Shown here piece by piece: positions 1 through 13,700 of a DNA stretch of 64,000 bases. Each line of letters starts with the position of its first letter. Within the stretch, counting starts at the first letter, position 1. The translations under genes and the position numbers were made by a program. The stretch is from Cyanophora paradoxa CCMP329 (Eukaryota; Plantae; Glaucophyta). Below the pieces are notes generated by a model. That model was not told where the DNA came from, searched no databases, and saw only the letters and a program-made list of their open reading frames with translations. The stretch is from positions 62,001 through 126,000 of the forward strand of contig QPMI01000168.1 of NCBI GenBank assembly GCA_004431415.1, in the 5' to 3' direction.

Positions 1-124
1 ACGCCCGCAACGCTAACGTTGCGCGGACCTCAGTCGATGGCGGCGAGTAATCGAAGAGACGGAGTGGCCGAGCGTCGAGCTGCGTGTCAAGGGCGGGAAG
101 CCGACCGACTGGACGTCGAGCGGC

Positions 125-2000
125 GTGGTGATCAAGCGGAGCAAACAGCCGCGCACGGCCGGAGCAGGCGGCGCGGGGCCAAGGCACGAGTACAGCCTGT
201 TGTCCGCACTCTTTGAGGAGGGGAGGCTTCGGCTCGGCGGGAGCGCCGGCTGCAGCTTCGCACTCCGGGCGGAGCTTCCGCAGGTTGGCGCGGAGGACAG
301 CAACGCAGCGGTTCTGACGGAAAGCCACCAGCTCGCCGCGTTCGCGGCGTGCGAGCTACTTGGTGCCGTTGCGTCCAGCCTAAGCGACCCGACACAGCTG
401 CGCGAGGTTTCCGTCGAGTTTTCCCGCGCGCCCGGCAGCAGCAGCAGCAGCAGGGTCGCGAACGCCTACCGGCTGGCGACGGAGGATCTCCTGCGCTCTT
501 CCCTGCTCGGCGTGCTGCGGGCGCTGCGGCCGCCGGCGGGGGCGCCCGCCAGCCGCCTGGAGGGCCTCAGCGTCGTGTTCCGCGGCAGGTGGCGCGGCGA
601 CGCCGCGGGCCCGCGGCAGGCGTGGCCCCGGGCCGCCGAGCTGCGGGCCGCCCTCGCCCCCTTTGGGCGGCTCCGCTCCCTTACCCTATCCTTCGCTCGC
701 GCCGACGCCGGCGCCGACGGGGCGGCCGCCGCGGCGATTGCAGCCGCCTGCCCCCTCCTGCGCTCCCTCGCCCTCGGCCCGAGCGAGGCCGCCGCGCTGG
801 CCGCCCTGGCGCCCCTGGCGCACCTCGAGCGGCTGGCTGTCGCGTGGCCCCCGCCGGCCGCGGGCGGCTCGTGCCCGACCGACGCCTCTGCCGGCTTGGT
901 GCCCCTCGCCTACGGCCCCGCCGGCCGAAGCCTCAGGGCCGTCGCGTTCGTGGATGACCCGACTTCGGATCCGTTCCTGTGCGCCCCCCGCTCCCGCCCC
1001 TTCGCCACGTACCCCCCCTTCGTTCGCCCACGCCCCTCCGCGCCTGCGCAGGGAGCCGGAGGGCGCCCGCTCCGCCCGCGTCGCCGCCACTCAGCCGTCC
1101 CTCGCCGCCCTCGCCCGAATGCCCAACCTCGAATCCGTCGTACCCCTCCAGGCGCGTGCGCGCGCACATCGTACCCCCGGCCCGCGATCCCGCCGCGCAT
1201 CGTACCCCTGCGAGCCCGTCTGCGGTCACGGCTGACGGTCACGCCCCGCAGATCGACGCGGGCGGCCTGAAGCCGGAGGGCGTGCTTGCGCTCGGGCGCC
1301 TGGCGGGCCTGCGGGAGGCGCGCCTGTCCCTCTGCGGCGTGGCCAACTCGGCCGCCCTGCGCGCCCTCGCCGAGGCCCTCTCTTGTTTGCCCCGCCTCGA
1401 GCGGCTCGGGCTCGAGCTGGCGCTGGGCGGTCCGCCCGCGCCCCCCGCGCCCTGCGCCCCGCGCGCCCTGGAGCCCGAGCTGAGCCGCAGCCGCGCAGGG
1501 TACAGCTCGAGGACGGGCGGCGTCGCGGCCCTTCTCAAGAGCGCCGGGGCGCGCCGGGCCCTCGCGGACCTGCACCTGGCCGCCGAGCGGCCGCTGGAGG
1601 AGGCCGAGGCGGAGGCCATCGCCGCCCTGCCGGCCCTCCGCCGCCTCCGCCTCTCCTCCCGGATCGACGCGCCCCCCTCCCTCCGCCCCTTCGAGGTGCC
1701 TCCTTTCCCGTACCCCGCCCGGAAAGCCCCTACCGACCCGCCGCCTCCGCTCGGAAGGCCCTGCGGGCCCTGCGGCCCGAGGTGGCGGTGCGGGTCGAGC
1801 TGCACAGGGGCGACATCGACGAACGGTCCTTCGCGGGGGCCAGGGCCGCCGTCGAGCGCATGCTGGCCGTGCGCCGGCCGGTCCGGCACCCCGCCCTCGG
1901 CTCCGGACTCTCGGCGCAGGCACCGGCGGCGGGCTCCGCTGCCCCATTCCCCTCCCCCTCCGCGGCTTCGCCCCAGCCCTCCAACCCCGCCTGGTCCTAG
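125..2000 (+). CDS. Leucine-rich-repeat (RNI-like) protein, multi-exon; 5' end uncertain and may lie upstream
   Basis: Repeated LRR-like motifs across ORF pieces: LAPFGRLRSLTLSF, AAACPLLRSLALGP, LAPLAHLERLAV, LGRLAGLREARLSL, LSCLPRLERLGLEL, IAALPALRRLRLSS. Short introns join the frames; the last frame ends at TAG 1998-2000. Confidence 0.55.
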
Positions 2001-2270
2001 CCGGCTTCCGCCGGCCCGTCCGTTCTAATGTTCGGCCACTGGACACGGGCCTGCGAGCTCAAGGCTAGGGCTCGAGCTCGAGTAGGGTCGATGGAGGGGC
2101 GGGCAGCCCGAGGCTTGCAGCTCCTCAGCCCCTCTCCGCACTCGCGATCGCCTCCCCGGCCCGGTCCACCGGCCCCTTCCTGCCCGTCCTACGGTCCTAC
2201 GGCCCCCCGCTGGAACCCGCGCCTCTCCCGGCCAACCTTCGGAGCACTTTCACCGCCTTCCGATCCCCTC

Positions 2271-2813
2271 CGCAGCTCGCCGCCGCCTTCGCCGGCCTGG
2301 AGCGGCCCCGCCTCCAGCTCCTCGACTCGTTCTGCGAGAGCCTCGCCGTCCGACGGTCCTCTCGCAGCTCAAGGGTGCCGGCGAGGCCGGGCCCGGCCGC
2401 GGGGGGTACCGCCGGGGGCCCCGCCGGGTCGACGCGGCCGGTGCGGGCGCGGTGCCCCTCGCGGCCCTCTCCCCCTCCGCTCCCGCGTCAGCCTCGCCGC
2501 CGGCGCCGCTTCCTCAAGCGCTAGCGCCCCACTGAGCCTCGGAGCCGAGCTGCGCGCGCTCTCGTGCGGTCGCGCCTCGAGATCCTTTCATGGGATTGAG
2601 GAGAACACATAAATACTCAATTGAGCATGAAGGGAAACGCTGGGATCGGAGAGAAGCAGGGGACGGAGGGGCATGAAGCAGCCTGGCAGGGAACGGGGGG
2701 CGCCGGGCATGCTAGAGAAGGAAGGGAAGGCAGGAAAGCAAGGGTTCATTCGCCAGGCGAGAGAAGAAGCAGGGGACTGCCGAACTAGGGGCGAGGGCCG
2801 CCGGGCGTCAGGG
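2271..2813 (+). repeat. Degenerate inverted copy of the RINT1 last-exon end plus 3' flank (partner at 15338-15896)
   Basis: cgcagctcgccgccgccttcgccggcctggagcggccccgcctccagctcctcgactcgttctgcgagagcctcgccgtc matches the reverse complement of ~15820-15896 (QLAAAFAGLERPRLQLLDSFCESLAV). Similarity continues, with indels, through FMPLRPLLLSDPSV...VFSSIP seen in both ORF translations. Confidence 0.92.
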
Positions 2814-4500
2814 CGTGAGGGGCAGGAGGGAGGAGGCGGTCTCTGAGAGGCGGAGGGCGACGGCGCGGGCGTGGGCCTGGCACGCGTGCCGCCGCAGCGC
2901 CGCCGCCTCCATCTCCGCCAGCAGCTCGAGGGCCCGCGCCCGCAGCGCCGGGTCCGCCCGCGCCGGCCCGCAGTGCGCCATGTGCGCATCGGCGTGCAGG
3001 ATCGGCGGCTGCGCCGCGTGCGAGCGGACGAGCCCGACGGCCCGCCTGCAGGCACGCAGCAGCGCCTCGCGCTCCGTGGGGCCCTCGGCCTCCGCGTCCG
3101 CCGGGCTCCCCGAGACGGTGACCGCCTCCAACCGCTGGTGCGCGGCCGCGAGCATGCGGACCATCGAGAGCAGCCCCGCGTTGCCGCTCTTCCGGCACAG
3201 CGTCTCCAGCTCGTTGCGGGCGCGCCGGTAGAGCACGGAGACGCGGGCCGCCTCGCCCTGCAGGCCCGTGTAGGCCCGCAGGAGCTTCGCGACGCTCGCC
3301 TGCGCCTGCGCGTCGCCCCGCGCGTAGATCTCCTCGGGCGTGGCCGGCCGCGCCCGCCTCCGCGCCGCGTCCATTTCCCGTACCCGCCTCAGCCGCTCCT
3401 CGTGCTGCATCCGCTTCCGCTCCGCCTCCTCCTCCCTCGCCGCCTCGTCCTCCTCCGCCGCCGCCGGCTCCTCCTGGAGTGGGCCGAGGAGGAGAGGTCA
3501 GAGAGCTGCCCGGCGCTGCGCTGCGCGGCGGGCGCGCGACCCCGCTCACCTGCGGGCGCGGGCTGCGCGGCGAGAGGCCCTCGCCGGGCCCCGCCGCGAC
3601 GAGCCGCACGACGGGGGCCGGCGGGCCGCCCTTGGGCTTGGCGCCCGCTGGCCTTAGCGCCAGCGCGAGCTCGGCGCGGCGGCACCCGCGGAGCGTCCCG
3701 GCGTCCCAGCTCGCCACGCCTAAGTCCACCGAGTCGCCGCCGGCCGCCCCCGCCAGCCTGCAGAGCGTGACCGAGAGCTCCGCCGGCGCCGCCCGGTCCG
3801 ACGCCGCCCGCCACGGGAGCTGCGGCAGGTCTGAGCGAGGCAGAGAACTGCGACCTGAGCCAGCAGAGTTACGCACTCGGAAAGTCTCGTTGACTGCGAG
3901 GCGGTGCGATTGGGGCGGCTTGAAGCCAACAGCCCGTGTGCTCTGCCGGCGGTGAGGCGGACCCGGCAAGCACGCTGCAGCGCACGCACCATCTCGGCCG
4001 TCTGAAAGTTCAGCCGCATGACAAACCGCGCCCCCGCATACTCCTTCGCAGCATCTGCCCCGGCCGGCGGTGAGCGACGTCAGGCGCGGCTCCCGCGGGC
4101 TCCAACGCGCGGACCTCTCGAGTTCGGGAGCTCCAGAGACTGTATGCGGACGAGAAGCGCCCCATCCGGCCCGTGGCTGGACTTTGGTCGCATGCTCGGC
4201 CAAGAGAGCGCGGGGTGTGGGAAGCTGCCGCGAGAGCGCTTAGCTACTCGTTGTCTACAATCTCCGGTGCCGGTGAGGCTGCCAGGCTGTGCCAACTGCT
4301 CAGCGGCCGTTCGAGGGGGAGGATCGGACTGAAGCGGGGTACACATCTTCGGACCGCTTCGGAGCAGAGGCAGTCGGCGGCAACGATCGGTTGGACGGCC
4401 GGGCGGTGTCCAGGCAGAGCTGAGCGCAGAGTAGACCAGCGCGCCGACTGAGCTGCGTGGCCCTGCGTCCGCTCAACACCCGTGCGGTTACCTTAGTCAT
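2808..4500 (-). CDS. C2-domain plus coiled-coil protein (start ATG 4193 or further upstream, e.g. 4500)
   Basis: Manual splicing gives GALLVRIQSLELPNSR|DAAKEYAGARFVMRLNFQTAEM|STRAVGFKPPQSHRLAVNETFR|LPWR...ELSVTLCRL...DLGVASWD...VVRLV, a C2-like beta pattern, then an E/R/A-rich helical tail (ORF 2808-3410). Confidence 0.6.
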
Positions 4501-4703
4501 TCTCTCGAGAGAGAGCCCTGCCGACCTCCCTCAGCACAGCATCCGCTAGGCGTAGCAACAAAGGCGCTCTGCTGTCAGCTCTGCGCTCGGACAAGTTCAG
4601 CTGCCAAGGTTGCAAAATTGGTCGCACCCCAGGCCAGAGCTGCCGCAGTGCCGGCCAGCAAGGGAGGCAGCTGGCGCCGGTTCACTGGTCGTGCTGGGCG
4701 TAG

Positions 4704-7700
4704 ATGGTACGCGCCTGTGCACTGCCGATCCTTCAGGCGTTTGCGCCGCCGACGCCCGACCGCTCACACCTGCTGACGACATGGGGCGCAGGGGGCGACG
4801 TGCGGCAAGCCCGCGGCGGGCGGGAAGCCTGCGGAGGATGCCGTTGACGCGGCCGTCCTGAAGGACCTGTCGGAGAAGACGGCCGCCGCGCAGGCGCTCA
4901 CGGAGAAGATCGCGGCGCGCGCCGTGAAGAGCACAGAGAAGGCGCAGCAGAAGTCCAGCGGGGAGAAGAGCGCGCGGAGCATGAGATTAGCGCCGGGGGC
5001 GCCCCCCAACGTGGGCGCGTACACGAGCAGCTACCTCGCCGGCAAGATCGAGGACGCCATCGGCTCCGACACCGGATACAGCCTCAAGTTCGAGAGCCAG
5101 GAGCACAAGGGCGCCGTGCTCTTCGTCGAGATCGAGGGGCTCTCCCGCCTCCTGGACCGCGTCTCGTCCTCGGCCGGCGCCGTCGACCTGGACGTCATCT
5201 CCGCGGAGCTGGACGAGTTCGTGGGGGGGATCATGTCCTGCGTACAGGATTTCGAGGGCGATGTTCTCTACAGCGTGGGCGACTCGCTCGTCGGCGTATG
5301 GATGGACCGCCACAACAAGGCCGCCCTCCAGTGCGCCCCGCTTAGAGAGAGAGAGAGAGAGCGCGCGCGCCGAAGCTTAGAGCGCCTCGCGGCAGGCTGC
5401 TGGCGATGCGGGCGATCAAGTGCGCGTTCGAGATCCGAGAGAAATTCACTTGCATCGCCAGGCGAGCCCAGAGCCCGGCTACCAACCCCCGGCGCCCCCC
5501 CTCTCCCGCTCGAGCTCCTGCTCGGTCTACTCACTGGGGTCCCGCCCCTGCGCAGCATCGACATCGTGGTGCGCATGGCGCTCTCGGCTGGCGACCTGAA
5601 GGCCATCACAGTGGGCGAGGGGCCCGACTGGGGTGCGCGCGCACGCCCGGACAGGACCCCCGCCCGCCCTCTCTAGCTCGGCTAAGCCTTGCCTGGCCTC
5701 GCCTCGCCTCGCCCCCGCAGACTTTGTGCTGATGGGTACGCTCTTCAACGACCTGCGGGCGATCGTGCGGACCCGCAAGCCCGCCGAGGTCGTCGTCACC
5801 GACCAGGCGCGCCCGTACCCCCGCCATACCAGCTACCTACCCCCGCCGCCGCCCCCCCCTCGATTCGATACCCCGCGCACCTCCTTCCGCCCCCGCCCCC
5901 CGCCCCCCATCCCCTCTTGCCGTCCCTATCTGCCCCCGGCGATTCCTCTCTCGTCCAGGCACTTCGCCGCCCCGCCCCCCCCCTCCCCCTCCCCCCCTCC
6001 TCTCCCCCTCCCCCGTTTCACAAACACACACATCCTCTTGCCCCCATCCCTCCACGCCCAGCTTTCCTTCCATCCCCCTATCCTGACCCTATCCCCCCCC
6101 CCCCCCCCCCCCCCCCGCCCACTCCCACCCCACTCGCCCCCCATCCCCGTCCCCTACACCCCCCTCTTACCGTACCCCACCCCCCAGGGCTGGCGGTACG
6201 TGTCGACGTTCGCGGAGGGCGTGCAGCTCGAGAACGGCTGGCTGCTCCACCACGTGCGCCCCCCCCCCTCCCCCCCCCCCCCCCCCGCCCGGAGCCGGAG
6301 CCGGAGATGGGAGGGAGGGCCTGAGCCGCCACATAGCGTACAGCTAAAGCGGGCTCTGCATAAGCTGTGGGGCGCTACAGCGGGCTCTATAGCTAGGGCT
6401 GGGTGGAGAAACGTCGCCTGAGCCGCGGCGGCGGGGCGCAGGTGGAGGACACGCGGGGGCTGGTCTCGCGGGTCAACTCGGCGGCGCGGGCGCCGCCCCC
6501 CGAGCAGCTCGGGCCCCTCCTCGTCCCCTTCATCCCCAAGGTCCGCTCTTAGGGGAGGCTTGGGGGGAGAGCTTGGGAGAGCTCGGGGGAGAGCTTAAGG
6601 GAGGGCTTGGGGGAGGACGTGGGGCGTCCGCCCGCTTGAGAGGGCTTAGCTTGGGGGAGAGGCCGCAAGGGAGAGCGTGGGCCGTTCGCCCCATCTGAAG
6701 CTAACAGCGTAGTAGAGCTCTTAGGAGAGCTTAGCTTGGGGGATTAGGGGAGGGCTTGGGGGAGGGCTTGGGCGGTCCGCCCCGTCTGAAGCTGACAGCC
6801 TAGCTAACATCCCAACGCTTAAAGCTAAAAGCTTAGCTAACATCGCTGGGAAGAAGAGGAGCGCCCCGTCTTAAGCTAACAGCTTGGCGCCTCGGGTCCC
6901 GCCTCCCCCGCAGGTGGTGCGTGCGGTGCTGGAGAAGGAGATCGAGGACCTCATCGCCTGCGTCTCCCTCGCCGCAGTCCACGTCGGCCAGGTCCGCCTA
7001 ACTGGGCGGGCGGGCGGGGGGTTGGGCGTTCTAGGGCGGGCGGGCGGGCGGGCGGGCGGGCGGGCGGGCGAGTGGCGTAGCTGTCACTGGGCCGGTCCGG
7101 GCCCGCTGCTAGCTAGCTACGCGCCGGGCGCGCGGCGCCCCAGCTAGCTAGTGGCGGAGATTGGGTGCTAGGGAGGGCGGCCGCTGAGCTAGCCAGCAAG
7201 CTAGCGAGCCGCGCCGCTTCGGACGCGCCCTCGCGGCCTCCGTCCTCGCTCGCCGACGCGGGGCGGCTCGCGCTTCGCGCCTCGAGGTCCGAAGATAGGA
7301 GGCCGCCGCTCCCCTGGCTTCGCGCCCTCAGCGACAGCCACTCCCCTGGGGCCTAAACCCTCATCTCCGTCGTCCTCGCTTGCTCGCCGACGCGTGGGGC
7401 GGCAGATCTACATCAAGCAGTCGACGGGCAAGCTCATCGTCAACGAGGCCCAGGCCCGCCCCCGCCCCGCCCACCCCCGCCCCATCGCGCCCCCGGCCCC
7501 GCCCAGACCCGCCCCAGAGAGAGCACCTTAAGTGGTTAGATGCTTAGCAAGGCTTGCCGGGGCTCGCCCCGCCCACCCTCGCCCCGAAGTCCCCTAAGGC
7601 CTGCACCTTGCGGATAGGGAGCCAGCCCGTCCTTCCTGCCTTCCGCCCCGCCTCCAGCCGGCCGGCCCCGGCCTCGGCCGCGAGCCCCGGCCCGCCCGGG

Positions 7701-10700
7701 GCCTGACGCCCGCCCCCCGCAGGTGCAGCACATCCACCGGCAGGTCCTCGCGGCCGCCCAGAAGCACGACGGCTGCCTCGTCAAGGCCTACCCCGTCGAC
7801 GACGGCGCCGTCTTCCTCGCGGTACCCCCCTCCCCCCCCCCCCCTTCATTTCCCCTCCTGCCTTTCTCTCTTCCTCCTCTCACCACGCCCCGCCCCGCGC
7901 CAGGGCTTCGGGGTGCCGGGGACGGCGACGCCGCAGATGGCGGAGCGCTGCCTCCGCTTCGCCTTCGAGGTGCCCCCGCCCGTCTTTTCATCGTTTCCTG
8001 CAGTCTTTTATATCCGAGCTTCTTTTGCTGCACCGCCAACCCCTGTAACTTTGCCATTTAGACTTTTGCCCCGCCCCGCCCCTCGTCCCGCCCCGCCCCC
8101 GACCCGGCTTTGGCCTTTTTGAAATCTGAGCCTTTACTACACCGCTAACTCTTGAAAACTCCTGTACTCTTCTCCGGCACTCCCGCCCCGCCCAGCTTTT
8201 ATCCTAGCTGGCCTTCCGCCCCAAATCTCTTAAATCTGAGCGTTACATACACCGCTACCCCCTGCACGTTTGCCATGTTGCTACGGCACTGCGGCACTCC
8301 CGCCCCGCCCCGCCCCGCCCCGCCGGTCTTCCCCGGAAGGAAGGAAGGGCCGCGCCGACGCCGGGGCCCCGGGCAGGTGCGGGGGGCGCTGGAGGGCATG
8401 CGCCGCATCTCCGCCGAGATCGCCGTCACGTGCGCACGCCCGCCCGTCCACCGCGCCGCCCTGCCCCCCTCATGCGGGCGCGCAGGACGGGCCCTCTCTT
8501 CGGGGGCCTGGTGGGCAACGCCGTGCGGCAGGTCCGTAGCTCTCGTCGGCCCTCGCCTCCGGCCGCGAGCTCTAGCTCAGTATAAGGGCCGCCACTAAGA
8601 CGAAAGTGTAAACTAATGCTTGGTTCGATATAAACATCCTAATAGGATTGCGTGGATTCTCGTCGGCTCTCGCCTCACGCCTCTCTTTATAATCATCACC
8701 TCACGTCGTCTAGTCAAATCATAACCCACCTCGTGTCGAACCCCGGTCCTCGCCTCGAGCCTCCCATTGCACTTACAGCCGCCCCACGCCGTCCAATTGA
8801 ATCATTCTTTCAAGCGCCTCGCGTCGTCCAATGAACCTCGTATTATTTTTACGCCGCCTTCGAACGAATTCCTCGGCCGCCCCACGCCGTCCAATTGAAT
8901 CATTCTTTCAAGCGCCTCGCGTCGTCCTACAAACCTTCGAATTCCTCACGCCGCCTTCGAACGAATTCCTCGCAGGAGTACATCTTCCTGGGGGCGCCCA
9001 TCCACTTCGGCGAGCAGCTCCTCGCCGCCGCCCAGGTGCCCCCGGGCGGGCGGGGGCCAGGGTCTCGGCCGGGCGGCGGGGCTAGGGGCTAGGCGCTAGG
9101 GGCTTTCAACAGCCGTGGCGCTAGGGGCTAGAAGCTAGGAAGAGCCCCGTGCTAGCGTAGGTGCGCGGCCGCGGCCGACTGCGCGGGGGACGCCTCCCTC
9201 ACAGCCCCCTGCTAGGGGCTGGGAATCGTTTGCCTGCAGAGCGCCGCCCAGAGTAGCCCCGCGCTGACCGCGGGGGCGGCGGGCGCGCCCGGCATGCAGG
9301 CGGTGGCGGGGAACAGCGTGGTGTGCGACATCGGGACGCGGCGGGCGGTGGGCGGCGCCTTCGACTTCGCCCACATCCCCGCCGTCCGCGTCGACGGCTA
9401 CGGTGTGTACCCCGCCCCGCCCGCCCCGCCCCGCCCCGCTTCTTGCGCTGTAGTTTAGTTAAGGATCTAGGAGTCTAAGATCCCGATCTAGATGATGAAG
9501 AGCCCGTGGCGTTTGGTTCAAGGGGCTTCCGCAAATGAAAGCGTCGTCGCCCCTAGCGCTATGGCGACCCTCGCCCCGCCCCGCACCGCCCCGCCCCGCC
9601 CCGCCCCGCCTCGTCCCGCCCTTGGAACACGGCGGATGCATTTCGCGCCTTTCGCCGCTAGATTTTAGCTGGGCAGGCCTCGCCGCGCGCCCTTGCGCTG
9701 TGCGGTTAGATGGATTCGCGCCCCGCCCCGCCCCGCCCTTGCGCTGTAGGATTAGATGGAAAACGGGCGAATGGATTTCGCGTCTCTTGCCGGCTGCTAG
9801 CTATAGATTTTAGCTGGGCCAATCTCGCCTTCTAGAATTCAGCTCTCTCGGCCTGCTTTCGATCGGATCTTAGGATCCTTGGACTGCGCCGCACCTCACG
9901 CGCCCCTTCGAATTCCCCCCGCAGAGTTCCCGATCGAGCTGTACAAGCCGTCGCCGCTGGAGCAGGAGGAGGAGGACGAGTGGCGCGAGCTCCAGCGCAC
10001 CACGCCGCCCCTCCGCGTCCGCCCCCCCCCCCCTCCCCCCCCCCCCCTTTCCCCCCTCGCTCTTTTAAGCTTGTACCGTCCCTTCCCCATCCCGCCCTCT
10101 CCCTAGGCCCCCGCCCCCCCCCCCCCCCCCCCCCCCCCGCTCTTGTCCCCTTCCTTCCATTCCCCTCCGCTTTCTTTCCCATTTAAAGGCGCCCTAAACG
10201 AAGCGGCGCTCCCGTTAACACTCGCCCTCGCCTTATATTCTCCCGTCCGGATCCCCGCAGGCGGTGGGCATGAAGGACCTCCTCAACGACCTGCTGGCGG
10301 CCGTCGACGACTGCGCCGGCTTCGCCATGGGCGCCGCCGTGCTCCTCACGGGGGGGCCCTCCTCCGGCAAGACCACCCTCCGCGAGACCTTCGGTGCGTT
10401 TTCATGTATAGAAATTGCGCTTTCATCTATAGAAATTGCGTCTATAGCGTCTATAGAAATTGCGTTTTCATATATAGAAATTGCGTCTATAGCGTCTATA
10501 GAAGTTGCGTTTTCATATATAGAAATTGCGTCTATAGCGTCTATAGAAATTGCGTTTTCATATATAGAAATTGCGTCTATAGCGTCTATAGAAATAGAAG
10601 CTGCACAAGAGAGCTAGAGTCGAGTCGAGAAGCGTCTATAGAGAGAGCTATAGAAATTGCGTCTATAGAGAAGCTGCACAAGAGAGCTAGAGTCGAGTCG

Positions 10701-13700
10701 AGAAACTGCGAACTGCGAACTGCGAACTGGAGCTAGAACCAGAGAACTAGAGGGAAGCCGTGATCTCCTCGCCCTGCGCCCCCTGTCTGACGGGCCCGGG
10801 CAGCGCGGGCGGCGCGGGGGATGGGCGTCCTCGTCTGCGAGTGCCTGGCGGACGAGGCCTACAGGTCCGCCCCAGCGAAGAGGACGTTTCTGCGCCCCGC
10901 CCGCCCGCCCCCTCACCTCTTCTTCCGCCCGCCCGCCCCTCTTTTCCTTCTCTCTTAAATTATTATTCCATAACTATCATTCCCTTCTTCTCCTTCCCGC
11001 TACATATGTACCTCCTCACCTCTTCTTCCGCTCGCCCGCCCGCCCCTCCCCCCCGCAGGAACGTGCCCTTCTTCCTCTCGAGCGCGCTCGCGGCGGCCTT
11101 CGACTGCAAGCCGGGGGAGGTCGAGGGGCGCATCCGGGCCCTCGTCGAGTCGGACCCCGGCATCCCCCGCGAGCTCGCCGGTGCGAACAAACGAGCGAGC
11201 GCCTCCTTTTCAGAAGCGGGCCTAGCTATAGCATTTCTTAGTATCAAGCTTGAAGCGAGCTCGCCTGTGCGAAGCCGCTCCGCTGAGCCGCTGAGCGGGA
11301 TCTTCTTTAGCATGATTGGCATGCTAGAACACGAGCGTGTCTAGGCTGGAAGCGATCCGTTGACGTGCTAATGACTTCCGTTACTCGCGTTCTCATCCCC
11401 TTCTAACGACCTCTCGCCTTCTCCTTCGTTCGCCGTCAGACGTGGCGGCGCTGCTGGCGCCCATCTTCGGGGGCACGGCGCTGAACGCCGCTGCCCTCGC
11501 GATGGCCCTCGAGCGCGTCGAGGCGGCGACGCCCATGACGCGCGCCACGGCCGGCGGGGCCGGGACGGGCAAGGGCGACAGCGTCAAGAAGGGCGACTGG
11601 AGCACGCAGGACGTGCGCCGCCCGGCTCAGCTGTACTTCTCCCCCTCCCTGACTCCACTTCTCTCCGCAGGTGAGCGCGGCGGCGAAGGCCGGGGAGGGG
11701 GCGGCGCGGGGCCGGGTGGAGGCGGTCTCGGAGCTGGCGGCCTACGTCCTCGAGCGCCTCGCGGAGGCCTCCAACGCCCTCGTCCTCGTCATCGACGACG
11801 CCCACTGGTGCGCGCCCAGCAGCTTAACGAAATTAACAGCTTTAGATAGAGCCGCTTGAACTGTTTTAGATAGGGCCGCTTAAACAGCTTTAGATGGAGC
11901 CGCTTAAAAATCGCGATGGAGCCGCTTTAACAGCTTTAGATGGAGCCGCTTCAACAGCTTTAGATGGAGCCGCTTTAACAGCTTTAGATGGAGCCGCTTC
12001 AACAGCTTTAGATGGAGCCGCTTTAACAGCTTTAGATGGAGCCGCTTTAACAGCTTTAGATGGAGCCGGTTAAACAGCCGTAAACAGCATAAAACCCCAA
12101 CCCCTCCCCCCCCCCCCCCCCCCCCACCCCCCCCACCCACCCCACCCACCCCACCCCACCCCACCCCACCCACCCACCCCACCCCACCCCCCCACCCCCC
12201 ACCCCACCCCACCTCACCCCCCCCCCCCCCCCCCCCCCACCCCGGTTTTAAGCTGACGCGGGCGCCCTCCCGGGCAGGCTGGACCGGGCGTCGTGGTGGC
12301 TCCTCGAGGCGATCGCCGCGCGCGGCTCCCGCCGCTGCCTCGTCGTCGCCTTCGCCCGGCCCCAGGCGCGCCCCTCCGGCTCCTGGGCGGGGAGGGAGGG
12401 GGGAGGGGGGGGGGGCGGAGAGAGGGAGGAGGGGCCAGAGAGGGCCAGGGCCGGCCCCGGGCGCGTTTCTCCGGGAAAGGGGACCGGGGCGGAAGGGGCC
12501 GGACCGCGCAAGGGGCGGGGATAAGGGGGCGGACGGGAGGGCCGGCGACGGCCGCGCCGCGCACCCTGCCCGCCAATCGCAAGCCGGGCTCTGATGTGGG
12601 TTGCGGGGCAGAGCCCCGGAGATCCCCCAGAGCTGACGGCCTGGCGCTCCGACGAGACCGTGGCCCGCGTGCGCCCTCCCCGAATTCGATCCCAGATTTG
12701 ATCCGATCCCGGTAATTTGATCCGCCTCGCCTCGCTGCAGAGCACGCTGCCGGTGCTTAAGGCGAGCCACGTCGTCGCCATGGCGAACCCGTACCGCCTG
12801 CCCCAGCCCCTCGCCATCCGGGTCCGCTCGGATCAGATCATATGAGATAGATTCTGATCTGCTCTGACCTGAGGGACCGCAGATCGCGGACGCGGCGAAG
12901 GGGAACCCGGCCGAGGCAGAGGCGATTCTCGAGTTCCTGAGGGACAAGAATAGCTTACCCGGGGCCCCCGACAAGTCCGCCCCCAAGGGCAAAGGAAAGG
13001 GGAAGGGCCGGGGATCGAACCCGAACCCGAACCCGAACCCGGGGATCACGGGGGTACTCCTCGCGACGATGACGCCGGCCTCGGCGACGGACTACAACGC
13101 GTCTGTATCCGGCCCGCCCTCCTTCTCCTCCAACAACGTCGAGTGCGCCGTACCCCTCCCAGCAACGTCGTACCCCCCTGACTCCTGTGGCAGCGGCGGG
13201 AGCGCTCGGGGGGGACTTTCCCCGAATCAGGGGACCCCCGCAGGGGGAGCTACCCCCAAGAACGGGGCCTCCCTCCAGGTACCCACCAGCAGGAAAGCCA
13301 TCCTAACGGCCGCCCAGGCGAGCGTCATACCCCCCACCCATCCTTCCCCCCGTCCCTTTCTAAAAATAGGCAGGCGGCGGCGGAGGCGGCGGCGCAGGCG
13401 GCGGTCGCGTCCGCCATGGGCCTCGTCGACGAGTTCGACATGAGCGTGCACCTGCGCGCCAAGGTCGAGCGGCTGACGGGGGACGCCAAGTCGCTCCTGT
13501 GCGCCGCGGCGCTGGTGGGGTACACCTTCGGGAGCTGGGACGTGGCGAGCTGCAGCGACCTGCCGCCGGACGCGGTGGAGGTCGCCCTGCGCGCCCTCAT
13601 CGACGCGGGGCTCGTGCGCCGCACGGGCCCCTTCGCCTACCGCTTCCGCTCGCGCCGCATCCTGGACACGGCCCTCGTGACGGTCGCCGCCGACGCGGGC

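Noticed and set aside
6550-6775. Interstitial telomeric repeat
   Set aside because: Irregular G-rich units that do not match a TnAGGG-type repeat
10143-10736. ORFs with YRNC/SIEIA peptide repeats
   Set aside because: Read-through translations of an intronic 45-bp minisatellite
11835-12078. 24-bp repeat array as CRISPR
   Set aside because: Units are contiguous with no unique spacers, lie in a eukaryotic intron, and there are no cas genes
11904-13049. 381-aa minus-strand ORF with (KRLHLKLL)n
   Set aside because: Antisense to cyclase exons plus the 24-bp repeat and C-tracts
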